From the NCBI RefSeq assembly GCF_025526975.1, contig NW_026515683.1, forward strand, positions 248,001 through 312,000: a DNA stretch of 64,000 nucleotides, in the 5' to 3' direction. Positions within the stretch are counted from its first letter, which is position 1; the number at the start of each line of letters is the position of its first letter. Positions 23,701-35,754 of the stretch are shown here, piece after piece. The stretch comes from Fimicolochytrium jonesii (lineage: Eukaryota). Under the pieces are notes generated by a model. It saw only the letters and a program-made list of their open reading frames with translations, had not been told where the DNA came from and did not search any database. The position numbers were made by a program, and so were the translations under genes.

Positions 23701-26596
23701 GGTTCGCATGGTACAGGAAGCGGAAGCACTACGCGCAGCGATGCGGCGGAAGGGGGAGGAGGCTGCTCAAGCCCACCAGCAGCGGCACAAAGCTGAGATA
23801 GACAGCTGCATGGAAGAGGTCACGGAGAGGGCGGTGAATGATCTCCTGGGCGGAGCCATTCACGTGACCATGAAGCAGTTCCTGCAACGAGAACGCAAGC
23901 GGCGGATATGGCGAGGTTTTGTGAAACAGTTGCGCTGGTTCGATGCAAGAGGGTCCGCTTTGAATGATGCAGCTCAAGCTTTTCTGGAGATCGCGCGGGC
24001 TGAGATCGCACCACCTGCAAACCGTCGACAAATGCCACCGTTATGGAGCAACTTGAAACGTCCCCGCAAGTCTTTCTCAATGTTCAACTACGAAGGGCGC
24101 GAGGCGCAATTCGCGAAAGCAAGCGAAGAGGTACGACGGAGCTTCCCAACAAGAAACCTTTTCCCCGCTCACATACTCACCAATGTATAGATGACTCGAT
24201 TGGAGGGGCAAGTCCTCGCGCCAATCAACGTGGCTCAAACTGTGTTCCCGGTTCTCCGAAAGCGACAATACCCGGCCGCCTATAGAGTGTATTTCAAAGT
24301 GTGCTTGACGGTCCCTAGCATCGATCGAACATGCTCGCTGAAGAGGCAGCGGGCCAATTTCTGGGTTAGATCCAAGTTTGGCCAACTTGGGACACCCGTC
24401 GAGGTTTCACCGAGAGTGCAGGAAGACGAAATACAACGATCGTACGACGTCGATCTGAACAACCTCGGCGCTGATTGTTGGGCCGTCGTGCGCGGCTTCC
24501 AATCGCAGGACCCCGGGCAAAGGAAGAAGTCCCGCGACGTCTGGAAAGGCACTAGCGTCGTTATATTCCAATTCGATCTTTTCGAGAAAAAGGAGGCCTT
24601 CAGGTGATTGCGCCATTGGCATATTGAACTTGGGGCTTTTGTATTAACTTGTCTTTTGCAGTGATTACTTAGACAGGGAGAAGGCCCGGTTCGTTGAACT
24701 CGTCAACAACCTCGCGTCGCAGACAGCAGAGCATCAATTACCGATACTCTTCATTTTTTCGAGTGGTCATGGCATCACGGCATTGCGTTTCAAAACGCTG
24801 GTAAGGATTGCGAACTCCATTTCGAAAATGGCGGTGTCGCGGCCTCTATCTCATTGTCTGCCACTGCGATGTTAGGTTCAGCAAGCATTCCGACTGGACT
24901 TTGTGCTGCAACATGGACCGCTGTCCGAACTCCGTTGGCTGGACATGAAGTACTCTGGCGAACTGAAAGAGCTACGACACGCGAATGAAAACTTAGTGGC
25001 AACTCTGAAATCCGTCACCGAGCACGTCTCGTTATCCCCAGAAATCCGATTCATTGGGCAAACTGGTGGGTACTCAATCTCATCACTTGGTCTGATCACT
25101 TGCTCCCGGACCAGCAACTGACGTTCTTTGCCAAATGTTTCAGACCGCGACGATTCCATCACAACTCTGTTTCCAACGGAGTACGCCGAAAATGCAGCCC
25201 TGATTCAGGCGCGGTTTCCGCAGCACTTGTGTAGGTCCCCGCTCGGGGAGGGTTTGTCGAGAGGCGCAGACGACTGATATTTTCTGTCTTTCCATCCAGT
25301 CTTCGACAAGCCTTGTAACTTCACCACTTTCAACGCACTCATCCTCAACTTCAACAATGCGCTGGACGTTTGCAAGGAGAAGCTGACTGGGCCGGAGGTT
25401 CTCCGAATGAATCACCCTCCGTTCGAGTTCGCATCCGATGAAAACGGTGATGGAGTTGGCATCGAGCGAGGGATGAGCCAGGTCCGATTGGATTGGAATG
25501 CGCCCGCAACAATGGAGGAGCTGCGGGACGCTTTCGATGGCGCCAGGTTACCGTTCACCGTAGACGGGACTGTCCCATTCGGTGATACTGCACAAGGTCT
25601 TGGTCGGCGCTGGAGGAATGCCGAAAAGATGAGGTTGGTTTATGCCTCTCAAAATCTTTCAAGGAAATTGCACTCTGGGTTGCTGATTTCGTTTCCCCTA
25701 TCCATTAGCCCCCTCTGGGAAATCTACGCTGGATGGGTGGAGACTGTGACAAAAGGGCGATTACCAGAAAGGAGAGCCCTGCGTGATACTCCTAATGGTA
25801 TCCCAACCGCAGATGGCTCGAGTGCAGAAGAGATTGCTTGTCTATTCGGATTATTGCAGCCCTTCGATTCTACACCTTCATGTAAGACCAGTTCCTTGCG
25901 CCCTCATTATAGTTGCATGACCGCTCACGCATTTCGTTTCCAGCAGTGAGCGGGGTACAATTCCCCTTCCAAGAAATCGTAGCTATTGGCGTCAGGGCGA
26001 CACTGAGCCGTGTCGACACTTACATCGCTCACAACTTCAACCGCCTTCCCTATCCAGTGCAGCTCCCGGCTACAGCGGTTGAACGCCATAAGCTGCTCAT
26101 GGGGAGTCTGGTCGGCCAGTGGACTGCGGTAGCCTCCCAATGGCCTGACGCGCAACCATCCGCAGGAGCCCTCACCCAAAACAATCCTGCTGACTGGCAC
26201 CAAGATGACAATACCCAGCAGCACTCACCGCCCAAGCGTCGTCGCGAACCTGAGATCCAAGACGGAGACACATCAGTACCATCCGGCGCCAGTCTCTCCC
26301 CGTCGAAACGCCGTCGGCTAAGCGAACCCGAGCCCCCACCGCTTATCCTCCGCGACCTGTTCGATGCTTCCGAAATTGTACCAAACCCCGATGTCGTCAC
26401 CACAGTACTGGATCCACCCCATTCGCCGGCGCTCCTCGACGATTGGCGCCCCGACCACTTTGACGGTCCGCCTCTCACCGAGGAGGATCTCAGAGAATTG
26501 GAAGAGATCGCTGCGGGGGAGGATCAACACTACTCCATATTTTCCAGAAAAGCCGCGTTGATTGCACATGGCAGACTTTCGTTCCCTTCGCCGTGA
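20722..26596 (+). CDS. SAC3: SAC3/GANP family mRNA export factor (TREX-2 scaffold), multi-exon
   Basis: FVGECPDMCPEYER, AVKRYRRSAA...DVRPPAVL, FIRDRMRAIRKDITLQN, FERIARYH and PNEAEFRAYYLL, followed by an FG-like region and a coiled coil. The 3' exon structure is less certain. Confidence 0.9.
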
Positions 26597-26923
26597 TCCG
26601 CTGGCAAACCCCCTCAATTTTGGCGCCCATCATCCCCATGTCTTCATTGTCGCTTCAGGGCCTCACTATCATTCTCTCTTGTATCACATGTATATATATA
26701 TGATGTACTTTATCCCCACTGCTCCATAAGAAAACGTAGTGCTCAGAAGCACCGAGAGGCAGACTGAGTGATTGGAAACCTTGGCTATGGAGGTGGTGGT
26801 TGCGAGTTCTGACTTCGGCGTGAAATGACGCCGGCACCCTTGGCACCACACCGGAGAATGTTCCTCCGACCGTGTACACACCCGCTCTATTGCTGTCGTC
26901 TATGGATACCTCGGATGGGCTAG

Positions 26924-28465
26924 CTACCGATCGTCATGTTCACCCAGAGCATCCCGCGCCTCGCCACCGCACAGATCCCGAAAAACTTTGTAGTGGTGAT
27001 TGAGCGAGGGATGAATATGCACTTTATATGCACTTCCCAGTGCGCCGTGCGGCTCGCGAACGGCGTAGAAGACGCGGCCGATTCGGGAGTGGACTAAGGC
27101 CATCGCACACCTGCGAAGCTAGAGTCAGTACTCTTCGTTGCGACGATCTTGTTCAGGATTCCTTGAAGTCGGGCACGTTGGAAAACCGATCATTTTGCGA
27201 AGAAGAAAAAGACTTACATTGAACATGGTTCGCGCAGAACATATAGGTCCAAATCCGTGCAGAGGTACCCCGACTTCCCCGCAGTCGCTGCTGCGCCACC
27301 AAGCTGGTCCGACAATGATGATGACCAGGGAGTTGTCGTCGCTTCATCATCTGCATGCGCCTTCCTCTTCTGGCCAACAACGGCATCCTCATTGAAATCC
27401 GCATTCCCTCTCCGTCTGTTCTCTCGCTCCGCAACTGCAGCGATGCATCTCATCGTCGCGTGTCCAAGCGGATGACTGGCGCGACAATCATCCGCGACTA
27501 CGAGTCTCGTGTTTGTTGCGGGATCCACCATAACCGCGGCATTCGCTCGTAAGCCCCTCCCTTCATCTTCAATCGCAACGCTTCTCGCAAGCTGTACAAC
27601 CTCGCGCATCCATCGCTGTGCAAGCGCGATTTCCTCGTCGGTGGGTGGGGCATCTAATTTGATCGCATGGTCGTGATACGACATTGGCCACAGCTGCTTC
27701 CACTCCTCGAACTGCTCTCGCGTTATCGCTGCATAGCGAGATACTTGTGCCGTGGCGATTGGGGAGTGTGGAATTTCGAGTTTGGCCAGGAAGGATTCGA
27801 GCTCGGGCTGGGTGGTGAGGCTTCTTGGGGAAAGGAAGAAGGAGCATGTTTGCTTTCCTGCGGGCGCAACAGAACCGTGGTCAGTTATAGCTGCTTGAGC
27901 AATTGGAGCAGCCTTTCCAAAGCGAGAGACTTGAACCTACAAGGCGCACCATTTTCGCTTTGCGTTTTCCGCACCCGTTTGAGGTGGTCCAGACCTGATA
28001 AGGGGAATTCTTTCCCCGTTGCCCTACGATCGCGCCAATTCTCGTCAACATTTTTGCGCTGGACGTGGCCGGGACATGGCATTCATTGCCTAGACAAGTC
28101 TCGTAAACCATCCCGTCTTCTCCATACTCACTTCATCAACTTGCTAAGGTGTTTCGGCTCGACATCGACTATGAAAATGTCCACTATCGGACGTAAAATG
28201 GGCAACGGTTAGGTGGCGGTGAACGTTCTGTTTTGTTCAAGACTAGCTTACCAGTCGAGAGGGCCCGAGTTCGCTCGTCTCCATACACGCCTTCCATTGT
28301 GTCGTCTAGTGTGTGTGTTTTCGGCAAGGACCCGCCGGAGGATGGACGGCTCCAGTCAGCATTCCTGTCTGTCCAGTTTCTGTGGCTGGCCACCAGGACG
28401 GGCGCGGGGTAAGGAGTTGCCCCACAACCTCCACAACGCCTCTCTTGGCCTTCGACTTTGGACAT
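26924..28465 (-). CDS. TAD3: tRNA adenosine-34 deaminase non-catalytic subunit, multi-exon
   Basis: LDHLKRVRK, HPLGHATM (catalytic Glu replaced, as in Tad3/ADAT3), [32 protein letters not shown] and LNHHYKVF. The start codon is uncertain. Confidence 0.9.
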
Positions 28466-28611
28466 CCCGCAATCGTACCGTGCGGACTCACCGGGACGGT
28501 TAGGCACCAAACGCTGCAAGTACATATACAGTACAGGCAGCGCTAGCCTCTTTTTCCCCAGCTTTACTCATATCCTCGCGTTTGGGAAGCATCTCCGACC
28601 CGTAAACCAAG

Positions 28612-29343
28612 ATGCCAGCACGACCCAAGATCAAGTTCTACTACGACATCGTCTCCCCATATTCATATGTGGGATGGGTCCTCATACGCCGTCTGCGTCA
28701 GGCGTGGGGCGGTTTCGATCTGGAGCTGGAACCTGTTTTCCTTTCCTTCGTGCTTTCGGTGAGTGAGGACGTTTGACGCGTAGGGAGTGTGGACTGGTTT
28801 CTGATGGTTTCCTTGCAGAACCCCGCCGTGAAAAGTACACCGGCAGCTTTCAATAAGCTCAAGCTCGCCCACTTGCATAACGATGTCCTCAGATTAACTG
28901 CGATGCACAAGTTCCCGATGAAGTTTGCGCCTCATTGGCCTCTTTCGACGCTCAAAGCCCATCGGATGCTGCAAGGCATCAAAATGCACCCTCAAGCGCC
29001 TGAACACTTAGAGAAGATCACCAACTACCTGTATGAAGGGCTCTGGACACGCGATGAAGATGTATCGGCGCTCGAAGTTCTGGCAAAGGCTGCGAAATCC
29101 GTCGGGCCGGCGGGCGAAAAGTATCTCGCGTACATTGACGACCCGGACGTGAAAGCAGCGCTGGTTGCTGCGTGTTCGGGTGCAGTCGAGAAGGGCGTGA
29201 ATGGGACCCCTACGTTTATCGTGACGCGGGAGGACGGTCAGACACAGACATTTTTCGGCAGCGACCGTTTTGATCACATTGCCTGGTTTTTGGGAAAGCC
29301 GTATCCAATCCCTCCTAGTGTGAACGCCGCGCCGAAATTGTAG
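28612..29343 (+). CDS. Glutathione S-transferase kappa / DsbA-like (HCCA isomerase family); exons 28612-28758, 28819-29343
   Basis: IKFYYDIVSPYSY (catalytic Ser), GVNGTPTFIV and FFGSDRF. Confidence 0.9.
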
Positions 29344-29507
29344 TGGTAGGAGCAGTAGGCATCTTCATTTCATCTTCGTTCCCCATGTTTACATTACCAA
29401 AAGTTCCTTCTCATGTACAAAAACCATATTTAGCGTACGACTACGAGCGCCATTAAGGATTCAAAATTAGCTGCGAGCGGATAGGAGGGTGCAGATAGTG
29501 AGAGTGA

Positions 29508-30099
29508 CTATGGCTTGGCATCCTTTGCTTTGATGGCAAGCGATACGATAGAAAACCTGGAATCGCAGTGCAGGGTTAGGATAGTCCAACTGTACACCGG
29601 AAGGGTGAAAGAGCTTACCAAAATGCAACAAAAGACGCAAGGCAAAAGGAAAGGAACAGTGAAAATAGGAGGAAGCCGCCTCCAAAGAAACTTATTCCCG
29701 AGATTGTGGCAAAGACCGATATCAGCACAAAGAATGCAGAACCGATGACAAATGCGCTGAGCGGCACCGCAGAAGCTCCGAGGAGGGTGTAAACGAAAAC
29801 CTGTTGGAAATGGGTTGGAAATGGGCCACCACAGCTCCACACCCAAACGAATTCAACTCTATAGACATGCGGTGACTAACCTTTGCTGTTGGATACCTAT
29901 CCAGAAAGATGCGAGCGATCCACAACCCTTGACTTGCTCTCTGCGCTGCTGCCGCGTAGGGTTCACCGAAGCGGTAAAGCAGACTTGCGTGAAGTGTCAT
30001 TCGAGTTTGCTCCGCATAATTGAGAGCCCTGACAAGGTACGGATTGTGGCCGGCTGCAGAATAGTCCAGTGGCTCCATCTTTGGTACGAGGAGCGGCAT
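29508..30099 (-). CDS. Promethin/LDAF1-like lipid-droplet membrane protein, 3 exons
   Basis: DRYPTAKVFVYTLLGASAVPL followed by a long uninterrupted hydrophobic stretch, resembling the promethin HP...SAVPV pattern. Confidence 0.7.
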
Positions 30100-30981
30100 A
30101 CTTGCTGGCTTGCTTGCGGGAAAGTGCCTATGTGTATTCTGTGTAAATTGGGCTGAGTGCACGGATGAATTTCAGGGTTGCCGACTTGGTGAGGAGATAT
30201 CAGGCGGCATGAGCGCGTCACGATTTTCCTACGACAAACGCCCGGTAGTAGGTGAGACTGGTGAGAGACATCGACGCTTATGGACAACACTAACACCGAT
30301 CCAGTCCCGAAAGGTGTTTATATCCCGCCCGGTGGTATATGCCTCAATATCGGTGCGACAACTCGTTAACGACATCGGAGCTTCTTGATATAGGCTACCT
30401 GACATGTTCTTCAAATCATTGCAACAACATCTCCGATGGGTGCAAACTCAGCGTGTCCTGGGAGATCAGATAGGGGACCCTCTGACCCTGACGAATGGAA
30501 TTTTGAAGCCTTCGGAGGACGCGCGCGGGTGGGGATTGAAATTGGGTTGTAAGGGGGAAGCCACATCTCTCGATCGCGCTAATGAGATTCACGACAGTTG
30601 ATGGCGTGGCACCCACGAGGGCCCGTATGAACTACCCACCTAGCAACCTTGTGCATATCCTGGGACCCTGGGACCCTGTTGCTGATTCTATGGGTTCTGG
30701 TCAGGCTCCTCATGTGGTGGGAATGGCGATGAGAGCTGGGCGAGCCCCTATCTGCGTACCATGGGGTCAAGACGTTTCATGCATGGGGGGATCCCGGTGC
30801 TTCAAATTCATTGAGACAGCCGACTGATGATGCATGCAGAACCAGCTATGCGTCAGAGGACGGTTATTTTCCCCCGTTCCGACAAAGATATCTCTGGATG
30901 TCACCGACTCCGAAGGACTAGAACGAATGAAATGATTATCGAACGGCTGCAGATGTGGTGCGGTGTGGGCCCGCCGGTGCG

Positions 30982-31008
30982 TTCGCGGCTTTCGCGGCTT
31001 TCGCGGCT
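30982..31008. promoter_or_regulatory. (TTCGCGGCT)x3 containing two TTTCGCGG E2F/SCB-like sites
   Basis: Exact 9-bp tandem repeat. TTTCGCGG fits the E2F consensus TTTSSCGS, and its reverse complement contains the SCB core CGCGAAA. Function is inferred. Confidence 0.4.
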
Positions 31009-31993
31009 CGACGGATTCTGGCCTGGCGCCTCTAAATTTAAACTTTGACCTCCTCCGCTGAGACTTCCTCCGTACGAGCGCAATTGGACATCCAACGCAC
31101 GATAAGCATAGCCGTCTATATTCCATCCACCGTGCACTGGCTCCTGTACGTTGATCGTGGCACCGACGTCTCCGGTTGGAATTCAACTCCGCCACACCTC
31201 CGACGAGAAGATTGCATCGCGATTTGTCTCCCCCAGAACATTGTGTGCTTACCGGTATCTGAAACGATTCTCAGGAAGCTTAAATCAACCACACGCAAGT
31301 CAGCTGGATTGCTCTTTTCTTTCTAGAGTTGGTCCACGGCCAACATTAACGTAAGTACCAAACGAGCTTTATTCGGCAACAAAAAAGGCCCGCCGTGAGC
31401 CGACAGAAAGCTAAGACAAATAGGCGAACTGTGGTCACTACAAACTTCATAGCAAGGAAGCTCCCAACACTCCTTTCGCGCTGAGGGTGGGTCGACCAGA
31501 GCCGGAACCTCCCGAAAATTGTACGAAGAGCTAAAAGTCCGATAGCCGAACGAATTGCCGAAAGGAGTCCACGACCTCCGATTTGTCCATCTTGTACAAA
31601 GTACATACGACTCTTCAAAAAAAGCATACACAGCCAACCAGCTCGGAGCATACGACGAAGCTCGACCCAGCATACCTTTGCACCTTGAATAAGCTTCTGG
31701 ATTCCGGACCCGACTTGATTGCTGAGCCATTCGCCATCTCCGACCCTGGACTGTTTCATATGCTCTTTCTGTACCATCGTTTACTTCAGCTCGCCTGAAT
31801 TATATACCGTTGAAAAGCCGGACGCCCTTCGATCTCGCCAGCGTCTTCATCTTCGCTGAACAGGGACCACGGAACTGCTGTTGGCCTCGTCGCTGTTTGC
31901 GGACTTTCTCTGGGACTACACGTGACCTCGATTTGATCTATAAACAGGACGAAGACACTTCCCCGGTCTTGATCTGAAAGTGGCGTCGTCAAA

Positions 31994-34900
31994 ATGGGGG
32001 ACTTTGGTGGGATACATCAGCCGAAGGCTAAGAATCAGCCTCAAGGCCAAGTGCGTGCCTATCATGAAAATCAAGGGAAGTCAGAGCCGGATTACTCACC
32101 GAAACCGTTTTTGTTTTTCTCACAGCTTGCAGCTCTGCTGCAAAATCCCTTAGACTGGGATGATCCCATGAGCATGCCCAAAGATATCGGCAGCAGATCG
32201 AGCAGTGCACCTCCCGCCGGAATCTTGATGCCAGAAGGAGCTCGGGTATGAATGTGCACCGACGGTGAAGAAAGGCTACTGATGTCGTAACTCATGCCTC
32301 TTGATGCTGTTTATAGCCCGATCTTGACGACCCAAAGGATGGGGCGGGCCTTGACCCTCGCAGAGACCCCGAATACGCAGCGTACTACTACCATGCATCT
32401 CGATTGGATCCACGCTTACCGCCACCAATATACGCCCCCGGACAATCTTGGCAAGTGTGGGCGCCTCCCGGGTTCAACACTAAGAACAGGGGACCGGAGA
32501 ACGTCAGCCCTTCCGTCGCAAAGAGCTTAGAGAAGTTCAGAGGCTTTGGTGGAATGGATGACGATTTTATGAACTCTCATCATCTGGACCAGGTAGGCTT
32601 GCTTCTGAGTTCACACCTGGCGGCCAATGCGCAATGACTGAACTTCATGCACACTTCTAGAGTCTCGAACCAGATGGCCTTTCAACCCGTGACGTTGGGG
32701 ATTACGCGTCGAGAGGTACGTAGGCCGGGCCAGTTTGTTTGTGCAGCAGGGACTAAGAAGGTTCTACGTGTACAGATCCTCGATTACCACCCGATTCTAG
32801 AGCGATTGACCCAAGGTTGGGCGATCCGAGGATGGCAGCGGCAGCGGCATGGACCGGAGATCTTGCAAGCTCCCCATCGAAGCAGCGCCGCAACCTTGTA
32901 GATCTCATTCAGGAAGACTTCCCGAGAACCCCGTCGCCGGCCTTCAATTCCCGCCAAAGGATGGGAATGGAAGAAGGAGAGAAGCAAGGGCTAAATGACG
33001 TTCTCAGGGAGCAGATGCGAGCGGAGATTGAGGCGCAGTTGGAGCACACCAACGACGAGGAGCGATCCCGCATGGCCGCTGTTCTTAGCGCGGCATTGGA
33101 CACTCGTGATGAGCTGGTCAACATGCCACCACAGCGATCAGCTTCGACACCACCCTCGAATGCACATTACAACCAGCTTCGCAGTGCTTTGCTGCACAAT
33201 TATAGCGATGATGATATTCCTCCAGAACTCTTGATGACTATGAGGAATATGGCTTTGGGAGGTCAAGAGGTATGGTGGAGAGAGTATCAGTATGGATTCC
33301 GAAAGTGTTGCGATTAAAAACTCGTCATCGTATTTTCTAGCCTCCTTCCCCTCAAGGACTTCCCCCCCAGCGCGGCGCCAAGCCGCTCAAAATCTCGACA
33401 GGGCTGGACAGATTGTATGGGGATATGGTTGCGCCTCGAAGTGCCGGCGCGTATCTTGGTGGAGGCTCCATGCCTCTTCCCAACTCGCTACTGGGCGGCT
33501 ATGCAGGTCCTGCGTCTGCCCGACCGGGTGGTAGCCGGGAAGCCGAGATGCTAGCCGCCATAGAGCTGCAGCAAAGAGCAGCAGCTCGCAGTCCCTTGTA
33601 CGATGATGAGCTCCGTGCTGCAGCGTTAGGTCTCGCTCATCCTTCGTTTGATCGCCGAAACTTCCCGAGCAACGCGACGCCAGAGGAGATCGCCTTTGCT
33701 TTAGCGTCCCGAAGAGCCGCTGCAGCCAACCAAATCTACGACCCAGCGATGCTGCAGGCGTTGGCCAGTCTCAACGGGGGCATGCCCAGTATGAACATGA
33801 GCATGGGAACTGGCCGGGGAGGACCAATGTCCGAGAAAAAGCTGCGTCTGCTCGCCCAACAGCAACTGCTTTTGCGCGAGCAGATGCTGCGTCGCGAATA
33901 TCTCCAGCAGCTCAATGGCTTCCCGCAAAGCCGACGATCAACGATGCACAACGACTTGCCGAGTCCCAGCACTCTTAGCGACCCGGGACATGGAATGCGT
34001 TCTGCGCTTCTCGAGGATTTCCGCAACAACAAGAATAAGAAGTACGAGTTACGGGATATCGTCGGTAGCATCGTCGAGTTCAGCGGCGACCAGCATGGAT
34101 CCAGGTTCATCCAGCAGAAGTTGGAAACCGCGAATAGCGAGGAGAAACAGCTGGTGTTTGACGAAATCCTGCCGAACGCCTTGCAGCTCATGACGGACGT
34201 TTTCGGAAACTATGTTATTCAGAAATTCTTCGAGCATGGTAGGAGGATACTCCTTGTCGGCAGATCATGTCTCAGTACAATTGAATCAACGCTCTTTCCT
34301 TTTCTTGCGTTTGACAGGTAACCAAATCCAAAAGCAAGTTCTCGCAAAGCAGATGGAGGGCCACGTGCTATCGCTATCTCTACAGATGTACGGCTGCCGC
34401 GTTGTACAGAAGGGTCTCGAACACGTGTTGACGGACCAGCAAGCCGTCCTCGTCCACGAGCTTGACGGAAACGTCCTCAAATGCGTCAAGGACCAAAACG
34501 GAAACCACGTCATCCAAAAAGCCATCGAGCGGGTGCCTGCCGAGCACATCAAATTCATCATCGACGCCTTCCACGGTTCGGTTTATGCTCTCGCCACCCA
34601 CCCTTACGGATGTCGCGTCATTCAGCGGATCTTCGAACACTGCGCCGATGAGGAGACGCTGCCTCTCCTTGAAGAGTTGCACCGGTATACCGTCAACTTG
34701 ATCCAGGATCAGTACGGCAACTACGTGATACAGCATGTTCTCGAGCGCGGCAAGCAGGTCGACAAGGGTCTGATCATCAACAAAGTTCGCGGGCAGGTCT
34801 TGCAGCTGAGCAAACATAAGTTTGCCAGCAACGTGGTGGAGAAATGTGTCGCGTATGGAAACAAGAAGGATAGGCAGAACCTGATCGACGAAGTCATTCA

Positions 34901-35266
34901 GACCCGCCCTGATGGGTATCGTATCGAAGCTGGGTTTTGACCATGAGGTTGCGCGGATGTTCACTTTTGCTGATCTGTCTATTTCGTGCAGCACATCACC
35001 TTTGGTCTTGATGATGAAGGATCAGTTCGCCAATTATGTCGTACAAAAGATGTTGGACGTTGTGGATGGTACTCAACGAGAGGTTCTCGTACAGAAAATC
35101 AAACCACATCTCCCGAGCTTGAAGAAGTATACATATGGAAAGCATCTGATTACGAGTAAGTACACTCTTCGGCCTTTGCAGTCGCACACCATCGTGTTCT
35201 AGAGTACTGACTGTTTGCTCGTTTGCAGAGGTCGAGAAACTCATTCTTATGCATAACATTCAGTGA
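31994..35266 (+). CDS. Pumilio/PUF RNA-binding protein (Pum/Puf3 class), multi-exon
   Basis: Eight PUF repeats with SRFIQ, NYVIQ, CRVVQ, NHVIQ, CRVIQ, NYVIQ, SNVVE and NYVVQ. Ends [17 protein letters not shown]. The start codon is uncertain (31994 or 32168). Confidence 0.95.
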
Positions 35267-35754
35267 GCATGGCATTCACTTCCACTGGATGCATGAAGCC
35301 CAACATCGCACGGACTACGGCTCTACCATTCTGGACAATTTTGCAATCCCCACATCCTCTATTTAGTTCTGTACACGCATGACATCAGAGCGGAAAGGTT
35401 GCTCGAAGGCCCTCTCATGAACATTCCTGTCTCTTACACATCCCACACACTCTGCACACCCACTTCACGTCTCCCGCATTTCCCTTCCGTCTTTGCTGCA
35501 TTCTCCGGCCCTGGTGTTCCTGCATCGGTGCATCCAGAGAACTTTCGACTTTGTTAATCCTGACTGTGTTCATTTTGTGCGTTTTGTGAATTGAGGGCTT
35601 CGCTGGAACGATCCTACCGACTCCCGATCAGATCATTCTTGGATCTGGAGGCATCCGAAACGAAGAGTCTATTTCCCATGCGGCTAGTAACTCTTCGACA
35701 TCAATAATCATCTACATACGTTCCAAATCCCGCAATTGGGTAATGCTTTCGCAT

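Noticed and set aside
27460..27475. Missing catalytic Glu (HAT instead of HAE) in the deaminase as a sign of a pseudogene
   Set aside because: This is normal for the non-catalytic Tad3/ADAT3 subunit.
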